Shown here piece by piece: positions 1 through 7,836 of a stretch of DNA of 64,000 nucleotides (positions within the stretch are counted from its first letter, which is position 1; each line of letters opens with the position of its first letter). The stretch is from a virus, in IMG/VR virus record IMGVR_UViG_3300024324_000416, positions 14,440-78,439 of that record, one strand, 5' to 3'. The translations under genes and the position numbers were made by a program. The notes beneath the pieces are model-generated. The model did not search any database and was not told the DNA's origin. It saw only the letters and a list, made by a program, of their open reading frames with translations.

Positions 1-1
1 G

Positions 2-388
2 CCACAGGATCTATCTGAGGTTTCAGCAAACCTAAAGGTAAATAAATATGAAGCGGCAATAGTCACTATTGACGCTCAAAACGATAAGAATGGTGTTCTA
101 ACACTTAATACACAAGATAATGCAACATGGTCGGTTCCTGGGGGGTATGGTATTGGTGACGTTGTAAATATTTGTAATGCCTCTGATACTGATATGACTG
201 TTGTTGCTGGTGATGGAGAGTCTGTAAAGTTCTGGTATGGAGCAACAACCATTGAGTCTAATGGATCACCAGATAGATTCACATTGGCTACAAATTCAAC
301 CGCTACCCTTGTTCGCATTCCCAAGACGGGAAGTACGTCTACTGACTTTGCTTTAGGTGCAATTGCTAGTGCTGTGAGTTGGTTATAA
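2..388 (+). CDS. 5'-truncated virion/tail accessory protein (C-terminal part)
   Basis: Frame is open from position 2 to TAA 388 and abuts the next ATG; the beta-rich C-terminus resembles the ends of the next two proteins. Confidence 0.6.
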   Translation, partial: PQDLSEVSANLKVNKYEAAIVTIDAQNDKNGVLTLNTQDNATWSVPGGYGIGDVVNICNASDTDMTVVAGDGESVKFWYGATTIESNGSPDRFTLATNSTATLVRIPKTGSTSTDFALGAIASAVSWL

Positions 389-2488
389 ATGGCTATTCTT
401 GGAATGCATTATACGCAAGATCCAACAGACCCCGAAGCATATAAACACACCGACTGGGTTCGTATGTGGGATAACGAGGTTTATTGGAATCGCATTCACT
501 ATGGCGTAGATAAATACAGTTGGGGAAGACTTGATTACTTAGTAAATGATTTGTATGCTGGAAAAGAAATTGTGTATTGCATCGGTGGAACACCACAATG
601 GTTAGCACAAAATCCCAGTCAGGGAGACTACAAGCCATGGATGGGTGCTGGGTCAAACTCATTACCTTCTGACACTAGCGGCGGTACAGACTCTTACGGA
701 GACTCATTCAGCAAAGGTACTGACGAATGGAACAAGTTCTGTTATGTACTTGCTGATAGATACAAGGGAAGAATAAAGGCTTATGAGTTTTGGAATGAGC
801 CACAGTTGCTTGGCTACATGGCACCCTGGGATTCAACTACCCGTAATCTAATGGCTAAGATGATTAAGCGAGGGGCAGGAACCTTAAAATCAGTAGATTC
901 AAATGCCATTACTATTGGGCCAAGCATTTTTGTGGGAACCTCTGGGCGTGTGACACGAGCCACAAAGATCGTTGAGGCTTTGGCTGGAACACAGAGTAGT
1001 TACGGCCCTTGGGAAAATCTAGATGCCATGGCCTGCCATATCTATCCAGCAGAAGGGGATGGGAAAACAGAATGGCGGCGGCAGTTAGATGAAAACAGAA
1101 GCATTATTTCAAGCAACGGTGGCCCCAGTAAAACATGGATCACAGAAACAAACTACAACCTTCTTGGCGAAGTCCTTCCAGAAGACGGAACCACATACAA
1201 CCTAGTTTCTAACACATATGATGAGGCAGGTGGAAAGTTCATCTTCTGGTACGCATACGATAGAACAGCAGACCTAGGTGGTTTGGATATCCGTGCCCCA
1301 CAAGACGGAAATAGTTTTGAAGCGTTCAACGCTATGGTTGAAAAGACAAAGGGAATCACATACCCTCCATTATTGGATGTTACCATTACCTCATCTCACA
1401 CAACATGGACGGGTAGCAATCCAACGGACTCCGCAACAGTAAGTTTCACCATATCAAATAACGGTTTGAATGGTGTTGAGGTATCTCACAGCAAGGGTGG
1501 ACTTGAGCCTGCTTTTGGATCTGTTCCCATTACCGCTGGGGGCTCCACTACATACGAAGCCGAAATAACAGAAGATCCACCATCTAGTACATACACAGTA
1601 ACATTCACCATTACTGATGGAATCAATACAGAGGACTACACCGTATCTGAGGTGCTAGATCCAAAGCCCTCCCCCCTTCCACAGATTTCTCTTTCCGTAA
1701 ACGGTATCGAAGGAGACTGGACTGGATCAGAAGCAAATGACTCCAAGACCTTCACCTTCAACGTACAGAATACATCTGATAGCAATAGCCTTACTGTCAC
1801 TCATAGTAGAGGTGGTCTAACTCCATCTTCCTTGTCTTTGAGTGTGGGCTCATCTGCAACCTTTACAGAAAGCATTACATCTCGTCCAGCAAGCGGTATC
1901 TATGAAGTTACTTTTACAGGTACCGCAAGTGATTCAAGAACAAAGCAATATTACGAGTCATTCAACGTAACAGAAAAGCCCCCTCCCCCACCACCAGACG
2001 AGGGTGACGAAAGTCATCAACTAACTTGTAGTTGGAAGAATGATAGGAATAAGGAAACTCTGGAAACAGAGCATACCGTTGATGGGCCTGCCAGATACGC
2101 AGAAGATAACTGTACTGAATACTTCCAAGAGCAGTACCCAGAAAAATGGGTAGGTGGAGATGATTGGTTCTTAACATCATACGAGTGGGACGATGATGGT
2201 GCAGAGAATGTTAATCCCCCAGGAGGAAGCGGCAACAAGGCATGGCCTATTGTTGATCTTGCAGAAGTACTTCTAAAAGATGGAGACAGCATTAACGAAA
2301 ATCACTATAGGCAATTGGTTGTAATGGAAGATGGTGGAGTCCTAAACATTCCAGAAGAAATGGATATAGGGTTCCAGTTCGCTCTGGTGTGCTATAATTA
2401 TCCTGTTACGTTGGTAACGGGCAAGGTAGATAATACAGAAAGCACCGTACCAACCAACACACTAGCAATTGTAAGTAAGGTGATTTAA
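389..2488 (+). CDS. Clan GH-A glycoside hydrolase (GH39/GH5-like TIM barrel) with Ig-like repeats; probable virion-associated glycanase
   Basis: YEFWNEP acid/base motif, ACHIY, WITET nucleophile motif; two S/T-rich beta-sandwich repeats and a PPPPPP linker. Confidence 0.75.
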   Translation: MAILGMHYTQDPTDPEAYKHTDWVRMWDNEVYWNRIHYGVDKYSWGRLDYLVNDLYAGKEIVYCIGGTPQWLAQNPSQGDYKPWMGAGSNSLPSDTSGGTDSYGDSFSKGTDEWNKFCYVLADRYKGRIKAYEFWNEPQLLGYMAPWDSTTRNLMAKMIKRGAGTLKSVDSNAITIGPSIFVGTSGRVTRATKIVEALAGTQSSYGPWENLDAMACHIYPAEGDGKTEWRRQLDENRSIISSNGGPSKTWITETNYNLLGEVLPEDGTTYNLVSNTYDEAGGKFIFWYAYDRTADLGGLDIRAPQDGNSFEAFNAMVEKTKGITYPPLLDVTITSSHTTWTGSNPTDSATVSFTISNNGLNGVEVSHSKGGLEPAFGSVPITAGGSTTYEAEITEDPPSSTYTVTFTITDGINTEDYTVSEVLDPKPSPLPQISLSVNGIEGDWTGSEANDSKTFTFNVQNTSDSNSLTVTHSRGGLTPSSLSLSVGSSATFTESITSRPASGIYEVTFTGTASDSRTKQYYESFNVTEKPPPPPPDEGDESHQLTCSWKNDRNKETLETEHTVDGPARYAEDNCTEYFQEQYPEKWVGGDDWFLTSYEWDDDGAENVNPPGGSGNKAWPIVDLAEVLLKDGDSINENHYRQLVVMEDGGVLNIPEEMDIGFQFALVCYNYPVTLVTGKVDNTESTVPTNTLAIVSKVI

Positions 2489-2908
2489 ATGTCTGATCCC
2501 ATCTTAACTGATACATACACCACTACCCCCTTGCCCCCAATGACTGTGGGTTGGGACGCACAGGTTCCTTCATATGACGCAAGGGTGGATATGCCTCAGG
2601 CATTTCGTCAGTTTGCTGATACTATCCCAGAAGACTTCCCTATTGGAACCATGGAGCAGTCTGGCTTACCGTTTGTTATTGATGAAACACACTTACAAAA
2701 GATTATTATTGCAACAAACCCTACAGTTGAGCAATGGAATATTACTGAGGGGCTAGACGTTGGTTTTCAAGTATCAGTTGATCCAACTACGGCAAGCATC
2801 AACATCGTGATTAATGGCGGTGTAGAGCAGATGTTCCCAGGAAGTCAAATAACTGCCCTGAGCATCTTAACAAAAATCTCTGAAACAGAATGGATATTGA
2901 GTCAATAA
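2489..2908 (+). CDS. Hypothetical virion accessory protein
   Basis: Abuts both neighbours; C-terminal module similar to that of 389..2488. Confidence 0.6.
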   Translation: MSDPILTDTYTTTPLPPMTVGWDAQVPSYDARVDMPQAFRQFADTIPEDFPIGTMEQSGLPFVIDETHLQKIIIATNPTVEQWNITEGLDVGFQVSVDPTTASINIVINGGVEQMFPGSQITALSILTKISETEWILSQ

Positions 2909-3072
2909 TGTTATCACAAGCATGGTGGCTACTAGGCCCATCAACACTAAACAGGGACGATAGGTATTACGGACGAGAGCCAGATGACTTTGTGCCATTC
3001 GTTCTTGACTATTCTTCAATTGGTGGCGATGACCAACTGAAAGAGTATTTCGAACTACCAGAAAGTCCCTAA
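2908..3072 (+). CDS. Hypothetical small protein
   Basis: TAATG overlap with the upstream stop; MLSQAWWLLG start. Confidence 0.5.
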   Translation: MLSQAWWLLGPSTLNRDDRYYGREPDDFVPFVLDYSSIGGDDQLKEYFELPESP

Positions 3073-3074
3073 TA

Positions 3075-3263
3075 ATGACGAAGCCTTGGAACCTACTAAG
3101 AAAAAAGAACTACACCACACAGGATGTAGCCGATGAGCGTCTTGATATATGTAGGATATGTCCAGAGTTTATCAAATCTACCAAGCAATGTAAGAAATGC
3201 GGGTGTTTTATGGTAGCCAAAACAAAACTAACAAAATCCACATGCCCTCTGGGTAAGTGGTAA
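3075..3263 (+). CDS. Small Cys-rich protein (RxxICxxC...CxxCGCF...CPxGKW, DUF6171-like)
   Basis: Characteristic cysteine pattern common in aquatic phages. Confidence 0.7.
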   Translation: MTKPWNLLRKKNYTTQDVADERLDICRICPEFIKSTKQCKKCGCFMVAKTKLTKSTCPLGKW

Positions 3264-3281
3264 GTGTGGTATAATACCAAC

Positions 3282-4271
3282 ATGGCTATTAGATATCAAG
3301 AATGGGAAGATGGCGACAAACTATACGCATCCGCCCTAAACGAAGCGGTAGCAAATGGTGTTGTCCAAGTAGATCTTGTTTCTGAGATTGCTACTGTTTT
3401 TTCTAATCACCTAGAGGTAAACGTTGTATACTGCTTGGAGGACAATCTCACCTATGGTCGTGGACAAACAGAGTTTGAGCCACTACAGGTTTCTAAGGAG
3501 ACAATCGTTCTCAGCGGAGAAGATGAGCAAGGTACCGCCACCACAACAAAAACAAGGTATGATTCGGGTGGTAGCACATATGATAACTACACATTCAAGG
3601 GAACAGACACATTTTTGGTAAAGGCACCAGGAGCAGTTGTTGACATTCTTGTAACTTCTGGTGGAGGCCCAGGTGGAACCCAACACGCATCACACGGCGC
3701 AGGCGGCGGTGGAGGGGGAGGAACTAGGTACATTACAAATGTTACTCTAACACCAGGAACCTATTCCGTTTCTATTGGGAGTGGAACAGCGTCAGCATTT
3801 TATAGGACACAGGGCCATGGTCAGGGTGGAAGGTCTGTGTTTAAGAATGAAACAACAAATATAGTTTTGTATAATCCCACAGGTGGAGGCCCAGGTGGGC
3901 ACACATACAGCACCCAGGGGCAGGGAGAGAAGTGGAGTGGTCTTAACGGAGGATCTGGTGGCGGTGCTTCCGATGGAGGAGGAGTCGGGGCAGGTGTAGC
4001 AGGAGAGGGCCAAAACGGTGGTGGACTGACTGGTGGAGGCGCAGGCCCAACCTACGGTCAAGGTGGACAGGGAACAGGTCTTACTCTTACTAACTGGAAG
4101 GAATCTGGCAACTACTATGTTGCTCACACCAACAACAGAAACCATGCAAATGGCGCAGCATATTCGGGAGCAGGTGGATCATCTGGTGTTGGGGGAAACA
4201 ATCACGGTGCGCATAACGGTGGAAAGTCTGGGGGATCTGGTATTATTATGATGAGGAAGAAGATAAAATGA
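3282..4271 (+). CDS. Glycine-rich tail fibre / receptor-binding protein
   Basis: DILVTSGGGPGG...GAGGGGGGG...GGSGIIMMR glycine-rich domain; leaderless ATG 6 nt after TATAAT. Confidence 0.75.
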   Translation: MAIRYQEWEDGDKLYASALNEAVANGVVQVDLVSEIATVFSNHLEVNVVYCLEDNLTYGRGQTEFEPLQVSKETIVLSGEDEQGTATTTKTRYDSGGSTYDNYTFKGTDTFLVKAPGAVVDILVTSGGGPGGTQHASHGAGGGGGGGTRYITNVTLTPGTYSVSIGSGTASAFYRTQGHGQGGRSVFKNETTNIVLYNPTGGGPGGHTYSTQGQGEKWSGLNGGSGGGASDGGGVGAGVAGEGQNGGGLTGGGAGPTYGQGGQGTGLTLTNWKESGNYYVAHTNNRNHANGAAYSGAGGSSGVGGNNHGAHNGGKSGGSGIIMMRKKIK

Positions 4272-4753
4272 TCTGCGGAATAGCACAGTTAGATGACTCA
4301 AACATTGTAGTTAATGTAATTACAAGTGATTCAGACAACTGGGGACATTTCGATACCTACGATGAAACAAATCAGGCTATGCGTGATTGGTATGCAAATC
4401 TTCTACCTGATATGGATGTAAGCAAACTTTATCTTTTGTTTACTGGTGAACTTTGTGCTATTAATGATATGTATGATGACAATCCTCTCTCCCCCGCAAG
4501 ATTTAAGGAAAGCAATCCTTACGCAGATCCAATGCCTGAGGATGTTGGAATGTATGATGAAGATTATGGTCGCTGGTGGCCCTATGTTCCTGATGAAAAT
4601 GGTGGATTTGTTTGGGGTAAGGAATATTTCACAAAAGATTTTCCAAGGGTTAGGAACACATCAAGCACAACTACTGTATATTCCACAGATTCTTTTGATG
4701 GGGAGTTAGGTCCAGCAGACAGAAACTATGATGGTCCTATTGCGTGGTTATAA
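4268..4753 (+). CDS. Partner/chaperone of the glycine-rich fibre
   Basis: ATGA overlap; AQLDDSNIVVNVI start typical of genes following Gly-rich fibres. Confidence 0.5.
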   Translation: MICGIAQLDDSNIVVNVITSDSDNWGHFDTYDETNQAMRDWYANLLPDMDVSKLYLLFTGELCAINDMYDDNPLSPARFKESNPYADPMPEDVGMYDEDYGRWWPYVPDENGGFVWGKEYFTKDFPRVRNTSSTTTVYSTDSFDGELGPADRNYDGPIAWL

Positions 4754-4983
4754 TGGCTGAGAGATTTTGGATTGCAGAGGTACAGGATAAACTAAAGCCA
4801 AGCGAGATAAACATTCTTGCCAACAATACTTTTATGCAGGTAGATTCTGTAAATGATCTTACATCTCCGCTAATTGAAAATGTAAATGTTGTTTATTCCA
4901 AAGAAGACTACACAGCATTCCGTAGGCTTGCGCCAGGTATCGGCAAAGACAAGTGGGAAACCACAGGTGCTATTTCAGCATAA
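4753..4983 (+). CDS. Small paralogue of the fibre N-terminal domain
   Basis: DKL..S..N...N...QVD.V......VNVVY..ED shared with the N-terminus of 3282..4271. Confidence 0.6.
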   Translation: MAERFWIAEVQDKLKPSEINILANNTFMQVDSVNDLTSPLIENVNVVYSKEDYTAFRRLAPGIGKDKWETTGAISA

Positions 4984-5022
4984 CTAAGTTTATTAAATTG
5001 TTATAGGGTAATCGCTCAACCA

Positions 5023-5051
5023 TTGACTTACCCTCAAACGTATGATATAAT
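5023..5051 (+). promoter_or_regulatory. Sigma-A-type promoter, leaderless
   Basis: TTGACT-N17-TATAAT with ATG 7 nt downstream. Confidence 0.75.
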
Positions 5052-5058
5052 ATTCCAC

Positions 5059-5649
5059 ATGGCAGAAGGACACACCCCCACAGACTCAATGGCAGGAAAC
5101 GCTCGTCGTGGTCTTGCACTCCGTAAGGAATATGGTCGTGGAGGAACTGCCGTAGGCGTGGCTCGTGCCCGTGATATTTCTAACAAAGCATCTCTATCAA
5201 ACTCAACTGTAATGCGTATGCATTCATTCTTCTCCCGTCATCGGGTAGATAAGAAGGGGAAGGGCTGGACAGCAGGATCAGAAGGATACCCATCCAACGG
5301 TCTTATTGCTTGGCTCCTTTGGGGTGGCGATAGTGGTGCAGCATGGGCACAGTCAAAGCGTAATGCTATCAAGGGATCACAGAAGGCATTGTGGTCAGGT
5401 AGCGCATTCTCATTCCAAAAGGCAGAGTCAGTCAAAGTAGGACAGATGGTGTCTTGGAACTCATCAGGTGGTCGGGCATCGGGTAAGGTTCTTCGTGTTA
5501 TCAACAACGGGTCTTACAGCGTTCCTAACTCTTCTTTGACTATTACAGGAACACCTGATTCCCCTGCCGCTGCTATTCGTGTCTATCGTGATGGCGAACC
5601 AACCGACACAATCGTCGGGCACAAAGTAAAATCTTTAACACCAAAGTAA
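5059..5649 (+). CDS. Putative internal head protein: basic helical domain plus C-terminal Tudor-like (Hva1/DUF2945-like) domain
   Basis: RMHSFFSRH...IAWLLWGGD phage head-associated motif; VKVGQMVSWNSSGG...VGHKV Tudor-like motif. Confidence 0.55.
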   Translation: MAEGHTPTDSMAGNARRGLALRKEYGRGGTAVGVARARDISNKASLSNSTVMRMHSFFSRHRVDKKGKGWTAGSEGYPSNGLIAWLLWGGDSGAAWAQSKRNAIKGSQKALWSGSAFSFQKAESVKVGQMVSWNSSGGRASGKVLRVINNGSYSVPNSSLTITGTPDSPAAAIRVYRDGEPTDTIVGHKVKSLTPK

Positions 5650-5688
5650 GTAAAACCAACAATACAATTTATAAGGAGTAATACATTT

Positions 5689-7743
5689 ATGTTTAGTTTC
5701 CGCTTAACCGACGACTTTATTAATCAGTATAAGGATCGTGAGGTTCCATTTGGCTTTCGTGACGCAGGCACAAACGCACTAGGAGAGATCACCTTTATCC
5801 GCACTTACTCTCGTAAGAAAGAGGACGGTACAAAAGAGAAGTGGTGGGAAGTATGCCAACGTGTTATCAATGGCATGTACACCATTCAGAAGGATCATTG
5901 CAAGGCTAACCGACTACCTTGGAATGACCGCAAGGCACATGCTTCCGCACAGGAAGCCTTTGATCGTATGTTCAACTTGAAGTGGACACCTCCTGGTCGT
6001 GGTCTATGGATGATGGGGGCAGATATGGTTATGGAGAATCGCAATAGTGCTGCTCTCCAAAACTGTGCTTTCGTAAGCACACGAGATATCGACAAGTACG
6101 ATCCAGGTGCTTTGTTTGCTTGGACAATGGATGCCTTGATGCTTGGCGTTGGTGTTGGTTTTGATACTTTGGGGGCAGAGAAGGAAATGGATATCTACCC
6201 CACAACAGAAGAGGTAAATATCTACACAATTCCTGATAGCCGTGAAGGATGGGTAGAGAGTGTTCGCTTGCTTATCAATTCTTTCCTTACACCAAAAAAG
6301 CCACGACAAGAGTTTAACTACGAATTGATTCGTCCCTACGGATCTCCCATCAAGGGCTTTGGAGGAACAGCATCAGGCCCACAGCCACTTATCACCATGC
6401 ACGAGACAATCCGCAGGGTAGTGGGTAGCAGAGTAGGCGAAAAACTAGACAGCAGGGCCGTGGTAGATATTGTTAACCTTATTGGTACTTGCGTAGTGGC
6501 TGGAAATGTTAGACGCTCTGCGACCCTAGCATTAGGTAAAACTAACGATTCTTTATTTGCTAATCTTAAAAATGCAGAAGAGTTCCCAGAACGTAACTCA
6601 TTCGACCCAGAGAATCCAGGTTGGGCTTGGATGAGCAACAACTCTATTGCAGCGGAGGTGGGTACAAAATATGAGGACTATGTTGACCTTATTACGGACA
6701 ATGGTGAGCCAGGTTTCATTTGGCTTGACGTATCTCGCAACTACGGACGTACAGGAGATGCACCAGATGGCAAAGATGCACGGGTTATGGGATTCAACCC
6801 ATGTGCGGAACAACCACTAGAGTCATACGAACTGTGTACACTAGTTGAGGTTCACATGAACCAGCACGAGAGCAAGGAAGACTTCCTACGCACTCTCAAG
6901 TTTGCTTACCTTTACGGCAAGACTGTAACCTTGCTACCTACTCATTGGCAGCAGACAAACGCTATCATGCAGCGTAACCGTCGTATCGGTACATCACTCA
7001 CAGGTCTTGCTTCCTTTGCCGATAGCAAGGGTCTTCCCACACTACGGGAATGGCAAGATGAGGGATACAATCGTGTGCGTGAATGTGATACACAATACTC
7101 TGAGTGGCTTTGTATCCGTGAGTCTGTGCGTGCTACAACCGTAAAGCCCTCTGGCTCTGTGTCTATCCTATCAGGTGAAACACCAGGAGTCCATTGGGGG
7201 CCAGGAGGCAAGCACTTCCTACGGGCCATTCGTTTTAGCGACCAAGACCCAATGCTTCCACTATTCAAGGCAGCAGGGTACAAGGTAGAAAAAGATATAG
7301 TATCAGCAAATACAAAGGTGGTTTACTTCCCAGTAAAGTCAGACCACGAGCGTAGCGAGAAGGATGTTTCTCTGTTTGAGAAGATTGGTCTTGCTGCGAC
7401 TACACAGAAGTATTGGAGTGATAATGGAGTATCTGTCACGTTATCGTTTGATGCAGAAACAGAAAAGAAACATATCGCACCCTCGCTCCACATGTATGAG
7501 GGACAACTTAAGGCAGTTTCGTTCTTGCCTATGTCGAATAGTACCTACCCCCAACAACCGTATACACAAATAACAGAAGAGGAATACAATAAGTATGTTG
7601 GTAAGATTATGAAGATTGACTTTACTCCCATTTATGAGGGAGAGGAGTCATTCGACGCAGAGGGAGATCGCTACTGCACTACCGATGTTTGCGAGATGCC
7701 ACAGATTATCACATCTGATATTGCCGATACAGTTGTGGTATAA
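5689..7743 (+). CDS. nrdJ: Class II (adenosylcobalamin-dependent) ribonucleotide reductase
   Basis: PPGRGLW, LQNCAF, GNVRRSA, GFNPCAEQ, TVKPSG and C-terminal CTTDVC; SD AAGGAG. Confidence 0.92.
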   Translation: MFSFRLTDDFINQYKDREVPFGFRDAGTNALGEITFIRTYSRKKEDGTKEKWWEVCQRVINGMYTIQKDHCKANRLPWNDRKAHASAQEAFDRMFNLKWTPPGRGLWMMGADMVMENRNSAALQNCAFVSTRDIDKYDPGALFAWTMDALMLGVGVGFDTLGAEKEMDIYPTTEEVNIYTIPDSREGWVESVRLLINSFLTPKKPRQEFNYELIRPYGSPIKGFGGTASGPQPLITMHETIRRVVGSRVGEKLDSRAVVDIVNLIGTCVVAGNVRRSATLALGKTNDSLFANLKNAEEFPERNSFDPENPGWAWMSNNSIAAEVGTKYEDYVDLITDNGEPGFIWLDVSRNYGRTGDAPDGKDARVMGFNPCAEQPLESYELCTLVEVHMNQHESKEDFLRTLKFAYLYGKTVTLLPTHWQQTNAIMQRNRRIGTSLTGLASFADSKGLPTLREWQDEGYNRVRECDTQYSEWLCIRESVRATTVKPSGSVSILSGETPGVHWGPGGKHFLRAIRFSDQDPMLPLFKAAGYKVEKDIVSANTKVVYFPVKSDHERSEKDVSLFEKIGLAATTQKYWSDNGVSVTLSFDAETEKKHIAPSLHMYEGQLKAVSFLPMSNSTYPQQPYTQITEEEYNKYVGKIMKIDFTPIYEGEESFDAEGDRYCTTDVCEMPQIITSDIADTVVV

Positions 7744-7744
7744 T
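7734..7744 (+). promoter_or_regulatory. Extended -10 promoter overlapping the nrdJ stop codon
   Basis: TGTGGTATAAT, identical to the motif at other intergenic sites. Confidence 0.55.
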
Positions 7745-7790
7745 AAATTTAGGAGACAGAACCTTCAACTGTGGTTAGGATAGGTCTGCT

Positions 7791-7820
7791 GCAGATTGCC
7801 CCCCAAGAGGGGGCATCTGT
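7791..7820 (+). terminator. GC-rich hairpin, probable terminator
   Basis: GCAGATTGCCCCC...GGGGGCATCTGT. Confidence 0.6.
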
Positions 7821-7836
7821 GGTATAATGAACTATT

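Noticed and set aside
3660-4245. GGN-rich repeats as a DNA repeat or DGR target
   Set aside because: Explained by glycine codons; no reverse transcriptase or template/variable repeat pair in the window
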